64,000 bases of DNA, taken from assembly GCA_035601435.1 (NCBI GenBank), contig DATNOH010000059.1:6748-70747 (forward strand), in the 5' to 3' direction. Shown here one piece after another: positions 17,815-26,457 of the stretch. Made by a program: the position numbers and the translations under genes. How positions within the stretch are numbered: position 1 is the stretch's first letter; every line of letters begins with the position of its first letter. The notes below the pieces were generated by a model. That model worked only from the letters and a program-made list of their open reading frames with translations. It was not told the DNA's origin and did no database searches. This DNA comes from Gemmatimonadales bacterium. GTDB lineage: Bacteria > Gemmatimonadota > Gemmatimonadetes > Gemmatimonadales > GWC2-71-9.

Positions 17815-18641
17815 ACGTCTTATTGCCTGCGAGCCTACCCGAGGCTCTGAACCAGCTCGCGAGTGACGCCACGGCGGTCCCGATGGCCGGCGGGACCGAC
17901 CTCCTGGTGCACTGGCCGGTCCGCCTCGAGGCGCACGAGCGAACCTACGTAGACCTGTCCCGGCTCGACTCCCTGAAGCCGCTGCGCTGGACCGAGGACG
18001 AGTTGACCCTCGGCGGGCTCACGACGTATTGGGACGTCATCCTGGACGCGCGCGCGCGTGCAGAGTTGCCGCTGCTGGTAGACGCCGCACGTCAGGTAGG
18101 AGCGATTCAGATCCAGGCGCGCGGCACGTGGGCCGGGAACATCGTCAACGCCTCGCCCGCGGCAGACGGCGTGCCGGTCCTGATGGCCTACGACGCGGTC
18201 GTTGTGCTCGAATCCCGCAGCGGCCGGGAGGAGGTCCCGCTCGACCGGTTTTATGCGGGCTACAAACAAATGAAGCGCCGGACCGATCAGCTGGTGGTGG
18301 GGATCCGGATCCCACGGCGCCGCTACACCTACCAGGTGTTCGAGAAGATCGGGGCGCGGCGGGCCCAGGCGATTGCCAAGGTCGGCTTGGCCGTCACTTG
18401 CTCCGGCGCCGGCTGGCGGGTAGTGGCGGCGAGCGTCGCGCCCACCATCCGCCGCTGCCCGGCAGTCGAGCGGCTGCTCGAGGCCGGGATCCCAATCGCA
18501 TCCCCGGAAGCCCTCTTGCCCGCCATCGCGCAGGATGTGGCTCCAATCGACGACATTCGCTCGAGCGCCGATTACCGCACCCGCGTGATGGCACGGGTGC
18601 TGTATCACGACTTGCGGGACTTTTGGGGAAAGCGGGCGTGA
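17811..18641 (+). CDS. FAD-binding subunit, set 2
   Basis: VPMAGGTDLLV...TWAGNIVNASPAADG...IDDIRSSADYR. GTGA overlap with the FeS subunit. Confidence 0.88.
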   Translation: MNVLLPASLPEALNQLASDATAVPMAGGTDLLVHWPVRLEAHERTYVDLSRLDSLKPLRWTEDELTLGGLTTYWDVILDARARAELPLLVDAARQVGAIQIQARGTWAGNIVNASPAADGVPVLMAYDAVVVLESRSGREEVPLDRFYAGYKQMKRRTDQLVVGIRIPRRRYTYQVFEKIGARRAQAIAKVGLAVTCSGAGWRVVAASVAPTIRRCPAVERLLEAGIPIASPEALLPAIAQDVAPIDDIRSSADYRTRVMARVLYHDLRDFWGKRA

Positions 18642-19735
18642 CGCCGCTTCCCGGGCGCCGCCCGATCCATACCGCGTATGTCGGCGCGCATCTGTTCCGG
18701 GCAAGGCTCGCCGCCGAATGGGGCGAGCTGGCGCTCAAGACCCTGGCCGACTGTGCCCCCGATGCCGCTGGGCTCACCGCCGCACTCGACTACCAGGTGG
18801 ACGAGCGCATGTTCGCGCGCTTGAAAGAAAAGCTCCGGCGCGAGCCCATCGAGGATCTCCGGATCGACTTCGAGGACGGGTTCGGCAACCGCTCGGATCA
18901 GGAGGAGGACGCGGCGGCGCAGTCGGCCGGTGCGGAGGTCGCGTCCGGTTTGGCCCGAGAGGCCGTGCCGGCGTTCCTGGGCATCCGGATCAAGGCCCTC
19001 GGGGCCGAGCGAGCCACGCGGGCGAGCCGCACACTCGATCTGTTCGTGAGGTCGCTCGTGGAACGCAGTGGGGGGAAGCTCCCCGCGCATTTCACGGTAA
19101 CGCTGCCGAAGGTGGCGAACGCCGAGGAAGTGGCTGCTCTGGTGCGCCTGCTCGAAGAACTCGAGTCGCGGCTCCGTCTCGAGGCGGGCGCTCTCACGCT
19201 CGAGTTGATGGTCGAGACGCCGCGGGCGCTGCTCGGTCCCGACGGCCGCTGCCCGCTCCCGGCGCTCGTGGCCGCGGCGCGCGGCCGCTGTGTCGGCGTG
19301 CACTTCGGGGTGTACGACTACTCCGCGGCGCTGGAGATCGCGCCTTCGCATCACGGCCTGCGGCATCCGGCCTGCGAACACGCGCGCCAGGTCATGCAGG
19401 TCGCGCTCGCCGGGACCGGGGTCGCCCTGTCGGCCGGGTCGACCAACATGCTGCCCGTCGCACCACGCGACCACTTGCTCCGCGCGTGGCGACTGCACTT
19501 CCAGGATGTGCGGCACTCGCTCGTGAGCGGCTTCTACCACGGATGGGACCTGCACCCCGCGCAACTGGTGACGCGGTACAGCGCGGCTTACGGATTCTAC
19601 AGGGAGTGTCTGGAATCCACGGTCGGGGCCGTGCTCGAGGACCCGGCGGTCCGCGGGGTGCGCGCCAGCCTGGTCCAACGGGCGCTCGATTGTGGGGCGA
19701 TCAGTGACGCAGAAGCGAGCGCGGCGCTACCGTAG
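18638..19735 (+). CDS. HpcH/HpaI aldolase / citrate-lyase-beta (CitE)-like TIM-barrel protein
   Basis: EDLRIDFEDGFG, LELMVETPRAL and VHFGVYDYSAAL resemble the D-x-E-D / IET / GxxD metal-substrate motifs of CitE/HpcH enzymes. GTG start in a GTGA overlap with the FAD subunit. Family assignment is from motif memory only. Confidence 0.6.
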   Translation: MTPLPGRRPIHTAYVGAHLFRARLAAEWGELALKTLADCAPDAAGLTAALDYQVDERMFARLKEKLRREPIEDLRIDFEDGFGNRSDQEEDAAAQSAGAEVASGLAREAVPAFLGIRIKALGAERATRASRTLDLFVRSLVERSGGKLPAHFTVTLPKVANAEEVAALVRLLEELESRLRLEAGALTLELMVETPRALLGPDGRCPLPALVAAARGRCVGVHFGVYDYSAALEIAPSHHGLRHPACEHARQVMQVALAGTGVALSAGSTNMLPVAPRDHLLRAWRLHFQDVRHSLVSGFYHGWDLHPAQLVTRYSAAYGFYRECLESTVGAVLEDPAVRGVRASLVQRALDCGAISDAEASAALP

Positions 19736-20923
19736 CGGCGCGCCCGCACGAATCCATTTCCCGAGAAGCTCGCGTTCTTCTGGAGTCATCCCCGTCAAAT
19801 TGCCGAGCGGCATCGTCTGCGCGTCGACCGCGACGGCGAGGATGCGGGGCGCGTTGGCCCGAATCTGGTCCGGGGTGTCGAGCAGCACGCCCAGCGGCGC
19901 GGCGGGAATCCCCGGCGTCGTGGGCGCGCTCGAGTGACAGCCGGCGCAGCGGCGCGCGACGATCAGACGCACGTCCGCGAACGAGACCTGAGCGCCGCTG
20001 CTCGACGCACCCGGGCCCGATCGTGGTGCCGTCACGAGCGCGAGCGCCACCAGTGCGAGCCCGGCGGCGGGCAGCATCCAGACGTTCTTCCGGCCCTGGT
20101 TCCTCAAGTTGAACCAATGACGCGTCGCAACCCCGATGACCGCCAGCCCCGCAAGGATCGCCCAGTTGAGCCGGTGACCGTAGGTCGCGGGGTAGTGGCT
20201 GCTCACCATGATGAACAGCACCGGAAGCGTGAGATAGTTGTTGTGGAGCGACCGCAGCGCCCCCTGCTTGCCGCGCGCCGCGTCGGGGGCGCGACCCGCG
20301 GCGAGCGCGGCGACCATATCCCGTTGGGCCGGAATGATGACCATGAGCACGTTGGCCGCCATGATCGTGCCGATCGCGGCTCCGACATGGAGGTAGGCCG
20401 CGCGCGGGCTCAGCAGCTGGGACAGTCCCCACGCCAGGGCCGTGGCAAGCGCGAACAGCGTCGCGCCCAGGGCGAGCGGCCTGGGTCCGAGCGGCGAGCG
20501 GCACAGGGCGTCGTACACGACCCAGCTGACGATCAGCGTCCCGACCCCCGCCGCCACACCCGCACCTGGTGACAGCCGCGCGACCCGGGGATCGACCAGA
20601 AACGACGCCGCGCCCAGGTAGTAGACCAGCACGAGCAACGCGAACCCCGTGAGCCAGGTGGCGTACGCCTCCCACTTGAACCAGTGGAGCGTACGGGGGA
20701 GGTCTCCGGGAGCCACCGTGTACTTCACCACGCGGTAGAACCCGCCGCCGTGCACCGACCAGAGCTCACCAGCGACGCCGGGCTCCTGACGCTCGGGTGG
20801 AGGCGGGGCGAGCCGGCCGTTCAGCCAGTTGAAATAGAAGGACGTGCCGATCCAGGCGATACCCGTGATCACGTGGGCCCAGCGGAGCGCGAGGTTGAGC
20901 CACTGCTCGAGGTGGGCGCTCAC
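19727..20923 (-). CDS. puuD: urate hydroxylase PuuD (membrane urate oxidase with C-terminal cytochrome c)
   Basis: WAHVITGIAWIGTSFYFNWL N-terminus, multiple TM helices, C-terminal CAGCH haem-c motif. Sits in a uricolysis cluster. Confidence 0.8.
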   Translation of the reverse strand: MSAHLEQWLNLALRWAHVITGIAWIGTSFYFNWLNGRLAPPPPERQEPGVAGELWSVHGGGFYRVVKYTVAPGDLPRTLHWFKWEAYATWLTGFALLVLVYYLGAASFLVDPRVARLSPGAGVAAGVGTLIVSWVVYDALCRSPLGPRPLALGATLFALATALAWGLSQLLSPRAAYLHVGAAIGTIMAANVLMVIIPAQRDMVAALAAGRAPDAARGKQGALRSLHNNYLTLPVLFIMVSSHYPATYGHRLNWAILAGLAVIGVATRHWFNLRNQGRKNVWMLPAAGLALVALALVTAPRSGPGASSSGAQVSFADVRLIVARRCAGCHSSAPTTPGIPAAPLGVLLDTPDQIRANAPRILAVAVDAQTMPLGNLTGMTPEERELLGKWIRAGAPLR

Positions 20924-20935
20924 GGGGGGCGCGGC

Positions 20936-21274
20936 TCAGCTGCCGCGGTAGGTCGTGTAGCCGAACGGGCTGACGAGCAGCGGGACGTGATACTGCTCGG
21001 CATCGCGAATCTCGAACACGATCTCGACGAACGGATGGAACGGCGCGACGCCCAGCGCCGCGAAGTACGCGCCCGTGTCGAAGCGCAGGCGGTACGTACC
21101 GGCGGGAGACTTCAGGTCGCCGGGGAGCAGGTTCGCGACGCGCCCGTTGGTGTCGCTCCGGGTGGTCGCGAGCTCGGCCCAACCGTCGCCGGAGCGGCGC
21201 GCCAACGAGACCGAGACGCCCGCCGCGGGGCGTCCCCGCGCGATGTCCAGGATGTGAGTCGTGATGCCGCTCAT
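20936..21274 (-). CDS. uraH: 5-hydroxyisourate hydrolase (transthyretin-like)
   Basis: 112 aa. ITTHILDIARGRPAAGV start and the diagnostic C-terminal YTTYRGS. Confidence 0.92.
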   Translation of the reverse strand: MSGITTHILDIARGRPAAGVSVSLARRSGDGWAELATTRSDTNGRVANLLPGDLKSPAGTYRLRFDTGAYFAALGVAPFHPFVEIVFEIRDAEQYHVPLLVSPFGYTTYRGS

Positions 21275-21789
21275 GAGACCACCAGTCTATCGAGTCGGAG
21301 CCGTGTGATCTTTGCCTGCTCTTCCGCCGCGACGCGCAGCTCAGTGGCGGGATCGTTCGTGAGACGACCGCGCAGCGCGCCGAGCATCTCGTCGGCCGTC
21401 CGGCCCGTGGCGCAGATCAGGAACACGTGCCCGAACCGCTCCTCATAGGTGCGATTTCCCTGCGCCAACGCGGCGAGCGTCGCTTCGGTCGCGCCGTTCG
21501 CTCCCGCCTGCTCGCGCCCCGCCCAGTCCGTCACGGCCTCCGCCCGGGCGCCGATGCGGGGGTGCGCGGCGAACGCCTCGAGCCAGTCGGCGCGCCCCAG
21601 GCTCCACCACACCCGCTCCGCCGCCGCCAGCAGCTCGGCGTCGCTCGCGAAGGGGCGCGCCGCGAGCATCCCGTCCACCCAGTGCCGCGCGCTGCAGCAA
21701 CGGTGCAGCGCCGCCCGGGCGCGCTCTTCGGACAGCGCGTTGAGATAACTCGCGCTCACGCGAGTCGTTACGTTGCCACCTTTCCCCAC
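21271..21789 (-). CDS. uraD: OHCU decarboxylase
   Basis: AFAAHPRIG...FGHVFLICATGRTADEML motifs. ATGA overlap with uraH. An alternative GTG start at 21759 avoids overlap with alc. Confidence 0.88.
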   Translation of the reverse strand: MGKGGNVTTRVSASYLNALSEERARAALHRCCSARHWVDGMLAARPFASDAELLAAAERVWWSLGRADWLEAFAAHPRIGARAEAVTDWAGREQAGANGATEATLAALAQGNRTYEERFGHVFLICATGRTADEMLGALRGRLTNDPATELRVAAEEQAKITRLRLDRLVVS

Positions 21790-22778
21790 ACCCGGAGCCG
21801 CGCAACTCCGCCATCGGGGAAAATGTTCAGCCGCACGTGGGTGACCGGCTCGCGCTTCCCGGGCGGGACGGCCAGGCGGTGACGCGCATTGGCCCGCAGC
21901 GTCGTCCGGGCAACGAGCTCCCGCCAGGGAGCCCCGTCAGGCGGCGCGCCTCTGCCCGGGACGTCGCACCCCTCGAGACTCGCGCTCTCGGGGAAATTGC
22001 CCTTGAAGTGGGTGGTGTCCAGGTCGACGCGCTCGATCACACCCCGGCGGCCGAGGCGCAGCACCACCCAATCGTGACCGGGCCCGCGCCGGCGCCGCGT
22101 CTCCCACCCGTCGCCCATGTCGCGGGACGGTCCCGGCATGATCAGGTTCAACGGCTCGCTGAAGAACTGATCGCTCGTGGCGAGCGGCACGCCGCCGTGC
22201 TCCACCGCGGCGAGATCGACGGTGCGCCGCGCCGTTGCGATTCTCTGCCAGTCGGGCCGGGCCTCGCCCCAAAGGCGCAGCCGCGCCACGCCGCCGTCGG
22301 GATAGATCTTGAGCCGCACGTGCGTAACGGCCGCATCACTCGCGACGGCGAACTCGTTCTCGGTGTGGCCGGCGAGGGGCGAGCGCGGCAACAACTCCAC
22401 GAACGCGAGATCCAGCGTGCGCAGCGCTCGAGCGGTCACGCGGAGCTCGCCCGACAGCTGCGCCGCGTCGAGCGAGCAGGCGGCTGGATGATTTCCCCGG
22501 AAGTGGGCGGTATCGACGGTGACCACGCGAATCGCGCCCGGAATGCCGAGCCGGACGAGGCACCAGTCGTAGCCGCCCTCGGGGCCACGCCGGCGGCGGG
22601 TTTCCCACCCGTCCATCCATTTCCCACGATCGGTGTACTTGCCCTCGATGAACACGGCTCCCCCGGCCGCAAGCAGGCTGTGCCTCGGCGCAAAGAATTC
22701 GTCCGACGCGGCGAGCGCCCGCCCGCCCACTCGCGCGGCGGCGAGATCGATCAAGCCTTCGTGTGTCACCGCTGCCAT
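21768..22778 (-). CDS. alc: allantoicase
   Basis: Two internal repeats, each with DL...GG...SDEFF/SDQFF and WETRRRR. Start at MAAVTHEGLIDLAA. Confidence 0.88.
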   Translation of the reverse strand: MAAVTHEGLIDLAAARVGGRALAASDEFFAPRHSLLAAGGAVFIEGKYTDRGKWMDGWETRRRRGPEGGYDWCLVRLGIPGAIRVVTVDTAHFRGNHPAACSLDAAQLSGELRVTARALRTLDLAFVELLPRSPLAGHTENEFAVASDAAVTHVRLKIYPDGGVARLRLWGEARPDWQRIATARRTVDLAAVEHGGVPLATSDQFFSEPLNLIMPGPSRDMGDGWETRRRRGPGHDWVVLRLGRRGVIERVDLDTTHFKGNFPESASLEGCDVPGRGAPPDGAPWRELVARTTLRANARHRLAVPPGKREPVTHVRLNIFPDGGVARLRVWGKVAT

Positions 22779-24109
22779 CTGCCCATCGCCCCCCCCTGAA
22801 ACGCCCCTCCCTCGTACACGCACCTGCCCCGCACGAAAGTCTGGCGCACGACGCCCTTGAGTACCATCCCCGCGTACGGGGTGACCGGATGGCGCTGGCG
22901 CAGGCGGTCCGGGACGACTGTGAACGTTGCCTCGGGATCGAACACGATGAGGTCGGCATCGCGCCCGGGCGCGATCCGTCCCTTACGCGCGAAGCCCGCG
23001 AGCTCGGCCGGTCGCGTAGCGCACCAGCGAGCGAGATCTCCCAGGTCGCTGCCGCGGTCGCGCGCTCCGGTCCAGGTGGCGGCGAGCCCCAGTTCGAGCG
23101 ATGCGATCCCGCCCCATGCCCGCACGAAGTCGCCCGTCTCGAGGCACTTGAGGGCCGGAGGCGCAGGCGAGTGGTCGCTCGCCACGAGGTCGAGGGTCCC
23201 TTGGGCGAGGCCGTCCCACAGCTGCTCCCGGTTGCTCCGCTCGCGGATCGGCGGGGCGCATTTCCAGGCGGTGGCACCGTCCAGGATCTCCTCCGCGGCG
23301 AACGTGAGATAGTGCGGGCACGTCTCGGCTGTGACCGGGAGCCCGGCACGCCGCGCATCGTGCAGCCGGCCGAGCGTCTCGGCGGCCGAGACATGCACAA
23401 TGTGAACGCGGCAGCCGGTTTCGCGACAGAGCCCGAGCATCAGGTCCACCGCCTCGAGCTCCGCGGTGCGAGGGCGTGAGGCGAGATACGAGCCATAGCG
23501 TCGCGGATCACTATCGCGCGACGGCGCGGCGCGCGCGATGGGGCCAGGGAGCTCGGCGTGCACCAGCAGCGGCAGCCCGAGTGCGGCGAGCTTGGTCATC
23601 GCGGGCCGCAGCTGAGCCTCCCCCACCGGAGGGAACTCGTCGATCCCCGACGGCACGAGGAAGCACTTGAAGCCGCGCACGCCCGAGCGGGCCAGGGGCG
23701 CGAGCTGGTCGGTGTTGCCCGGCACCACACCGCCCCAGAAGGCATAGTCGACGGTGGCACGACCCGCGGCCGCTCGCGCCTTCTGCTCCAACGCGGGCGT
23801 CGTCGTGGTAACCGGAATGCTGTTCAGCGGCATGTCGACGATGGTGGTCACGCCACCCGCCGCGGCGGCGCGGGTCGCCGTCTCGAACCCCTCCCATTCG
23901 GTCCGGCCCGGCTCGTTCACGTGCACGTGCGCATCCACGGCGCCGGGCAGCAGCGCGGCGTCTCCCACGTCCAGACGCCGCGCCGCGTCGGGCCCGCCCC
24001 CGTGCTCGTGGACCGCGGTGATCACACCGTCGGTGACAGCGACCGCGGCGGGTGCAATGCCATCCTGGGTGACGACGCGTGTACTAAGAATGACGAGATC
24101 GGTGCTCAG
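22766..24109 (-). CDS. allB: allantoinase (cyclic amidohydrolase); proposed CTG start in a CTGA overlap
   Basis: PGAVDAHVHVNEPGRTEWEGFETATRAAAAGGVTTIVDMP. Homology begins at STDLVILSTRVV, immediately after CTG 24107-24109. The nearest canonical in-frame start is GTG 24199, which would add 30 Arg-rich codons overlapping the PP2C gene. Confidence 0.85.
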   Translation of the reverse strand: MSTDLVILSTRVVTQDGIAPAAVAVTDGVITAVHEHGGGPDAARRLDVGDAALLPGAVDAHVHVNEPGRTEWEGFETATRAAAAGGVTTIVDMPLNSIPVTTTTPALEQKARAAAGRATVDYAFWGGVVPGNTDQLAPLARSGVRGFKCFLVPSGIDEFPPVGEAQLRPAMTKLAALGLPLLVHAELPGPIARAAPSRDSDPRRYGSYLASRPRTAELEAVDLMLGLCRETGCRVHIVHVSAAETLGRLHDARRAGLPVTAETCPHYLTFAAEEILDGATAWKCAPPIRERSNREQLWDGLAQGTLDLVASDHSPAPPALKCLETGDFVRAWGGIASLELGLAATWTGARDRGSDLGDLARWCATRPAELAGFARKGRIAPGRDADLIVFDPEATFTVVPDRLRQRHPVTPYAGMVLKGVVRQTFVRGRCVYEGGAFQGGAMGRWQR

Positions 24110-24993
24110 CTTGCATCCTTCGGCAACGTCCGCCCCACCAGCACGGTGACATTGTCCGTGCCTCCGGCGTCGAGGGCATCGCGCAGCAGGTCCTCGCACA
24201 CCTGTTGCGCCGAGGTCATCGCGAGGAGGCGCTCGCGGATGCGGCTGTCGGGAACGTGCTTCGTGAGGCCGTCGCTGCACAGGAGGCCTACGTCGCCCCA
24301 GTGCTGCTGCATGTGCGTGACGATGGGTGCGGTCTGCGGTCCCCCCAAGGAGCTCGACAGCACGTTGGCGAAGGGTGATTTCAGGGTTTCGCTGCGGCGG
24401 AACACGCCCCGATCGACCAGATCCTGCGCCAGCGTCTGGTCGCGCGAGACCTGCATCAGCTCGCCGTTCCGGAACAGGTAGCAGCGGCTGTCCCCCACCT
24501 GGAGGAGATAGCCGCGCGGCCACACGCCGATCCACAACGTGAGCGTCGTCGCCATGTGCGCTTCCAGCGGACCCGTGGGACTGTTGGCCTGAATGTCCTC
24601 GTGCACCCGTAGCGCCGCTTCTTCGAGCGCCCGCGGGAAGCGCTCTTCGTCGGCGGGGTCGACCGAGTAGTAGCAGTGTATCGCCCGGGTCACGTAGCGC
24701 GTGATCGCGCCGACCGCCAGCCGACTCGCCTCTTCGCCGGCTGCGGCGCCACCTACGCCATCCGCGACCATGGCGACGAACGCCAGGCGCTCGGTGTCCT
24801 GCCACAAGAGATCCGACGTGGGGAGGCTCGTGAGATGCACCTGCATCCGCTTGTGAAGCGAGGAGATGAGAAAATGGTCCTGGTTCTCGCGCCGGACTTT
24901 GCCGGGATGGGTGACGCCATAGACGTCGATCTCATCGTCGCGGGGCTTGCGACCAATGGAAACCGCGGACGCGGCGGGATCAGACGCTCGCAT
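24106..24993 (-). CDS. PP2C-family serine/threonine phosphatase
   Basis: YGVTHPGKVRRENQDHF, MVADGVGG, LLCSDGL and GGTDNVTVLV are the PPM motifs. Confidence 0.9.
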   Translation of the reverse strand: MRASDPAASAVSIGRKPRDDEIDVYGVTHPGKVRRENQDHFLISSLHKRMQVHLTSLPTSDLLWQDTERLAFVAMVADGVGGAAAGEEASRLAVGAITRYVTRAIHCYYSVDPADEERFPRALEEAALRVHEDIQANSPTGPLEAHMATTLTLWIGVWPRGYLLQVGDSRCYLFRNGELMQVSRDQTLAQDLVDRGVFRRSETLKSPFANVLSSSLGGPQTAPIVTHMQQHWGDVGLLCSDGLTKHVPDSRIRERLLAMTSAQQVCEDLLRDALDAGGTDNVTVLVGRTLPKDAS

Positions 24994-25174
24994 GGAGATT
25001 ACCTCCTACCTCTAGTCTAGTGGCGTTCCAGTGACCCGCCAGCGCCACACTCCCCGCCTGCGAGAAAACCTACCGTTTCAGAGATTCTGCGGTTTTACGC
25101 ACGGGCGCGTCAGGGGCGCGCACCAAAAAGCGGCGCGGCCTCCCGTGTTCGCACCACTATTCGACTTCGTCGAG

Positions 25175-25189
25175 TGGCACCAGTCTTGC
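25175..25189 (+). promoter_or_regulatory. sigma-54-type promoter (-24 TGGCAC / -12 TTGC)
   Basis: TGGCACcagtcTTGC matches TGGCAC-N5-TTGC exactly. It is intergenic, correctly oriented, and about 50 nt upstream of the GTG at 25239. Confidence 0.45.
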
Positions 25190-25238
25190 GAACTGTTGCG
25201 CCAGACAGCCGGTTCGGCACGCACGATCGAGGGAAGCA

Positions 25239-25823
25239 GTGAACGAAGGTCGCAAGCGGATCGTCCGCATCGTAGTCGCTGCCCTGGGCCTGACGGCGTT
25301 GCTGGCCCTGCAGCCTGAGTCCGTTCGTCTCGTCGAGTCGGCGTGGGCGCGGAGCGCGGGTGGAGCGGCGCACGCGGCAGTCGTGCGACGGCTGATCCTG
25401 TCCGACCAGGCCCGCCGCTTTCTGGCGCTCCAGTATCGCTCGTATCCCACCGAATTCATGGGCTGCATGATCGGCGAGACGCGGGGCAGCGTCGTTCTGG
25501 TACGGCGCATCGCCCCGGCCGACGTCGAGCCCAAACACTCCACTCCCACGCGGGTCGTCCCGCACCAGACGTGCGAGGACGCCGGGTGGTCGGGGACAGT
25601 GGGCATGATCCACAGCCATCCGGGCGGCGAGCGTTGCTGGTACTATTTCCCGACGACCCAAGTCGCCAGCTCGGACGGCCAATCGTTCGCGAGCCAGCCC
25701 TATCCAGTGGATGCAATCATGTGCGGTGACCACGTGGTGTGGATCAACCGCAACATGGTGGAGGCGCAACTGTCGCTCGCGGTAGATACCGTCGGCCAGG
25801 GTTTCGCGCCGGTAGCACGGTGA
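25239..25823 (+). CDS. membrane-anchored/secreted JAB/MPN-like (JAMM-type) protein
   Basis: N-terminal hydrophobic segment IVRIVVAALGLTALLAL. PTEFMGCMIGE...VGMIHSHPGG...SSD resembles the E...HxH...S..D JAMM layout, but with a longer spacer. Tentative. Confidence 0.5.
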   Translation: MNEGRKRIVRIVVAALGLTALLALQPESVRLVESAWARSAGGAAHAAVVRRLILSDQARRFLALQYRSYPTEFMGCMIGETRGSVVLVRRIAPADVEPKHSTPTRVVPHQTCEDAGWSGTVGMIHSHPGGERCWYYFPTTQVASSDGQSFASQPYPVDAIMCGDHVVWINRNMVEAQLSLAVDTVGQGFAPVAR

Positions 25824-25853
25824 CGTGGGCGGCGCGAGCTCCGGGCACTCTCT

Positions 25854-26045
25854 ATGGACGATCCTCGCTGCGACTTCTACGACTGGGTGAGCCATACCAG
25901 GTGTGATCAGCCAGCACGGTGGGTGACGGGTCAGAAGTCACAGGACAGAGGACGTCACGAGCGATATTATTGTGACAGGCATCGGCCGCCCCGGGCGCAT
26001 CTCATCGGCGCGCCGGGCGCCGCGCAGGATCCCAAGGCACGATGA
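25854..26045 (+). CDS. possible small Cys/His protein (63 aa)
   Basis: C-x10-C...YYC-x2-H arrangement (RCDFYDWVSHTRCDQPARW...RYYCDRH). Lower-GC stretch with weak coding signal. Confidence 0.3.
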   Translation: MDDPRCDFYDWVSHTRCDQPARWVTGQKSQDRGRHERYYCDRHRPPRAHLIGAPGAAQDPKAR

Positions 26046-26100
26046 CGGAATAGGGAATTCGCGACGCTGGCATTACGGTGGACCTGACACGAGCGGGGCA

Positions 26101-26457
26101 ATGACGCCGAGGCGCTACTGGGCTCGGCTGCGAGCGGACATCGACCGCCCGCTGCGCCGTGGCGCGTGGTACCAAGTGAAGAAGCTGGGTCCGCGTGAGG
26201 CGCTGCTCGACGTCGGCGGCGAAGCCGTGGACGTCCCGCGGCCGGTCCTCGACATCGTCAGCCAACCGCCGCACCGCTGGTCCGTCGTGCCGCGTCCCAA
26301 GAACCCGGCCCGGTTTCCCGGGGTGACCGAGTACGGGGTGTGCCCCAACTGCCGCGAGCGCGTGCCGCTCACCGAACGCCTGGCGTCGCTGCGCTGCCGG
26401 CACTGCAACGAAGTGTTCGACGTCGCCTGGGAAGAGCAGTACTTCCAGGGCGTCTAG
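26101..26457 (+). CDS. uncharacterised zinc-ribbon protein (paralog 2 of 8686-9066)
   Basis: MTPRRYWARLRADIDRPLRRGAWYQV...VPRPKNP...YGVCPNCRERVPL...LRCRHCNEVFDVAW. Start trimmed to ATG 26101. Confidence 0.6.
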   Translation: MTPRRYWARLRADIDRPLRRGAWYQVKKLGPREALLDVGGEAVDVPRPVLDIVSQPPHRWSVVPRPKNPARFPGVTEYGVCPNCRERVPLTERLASLRCRHCNEVFDVAWEEQYFQGV

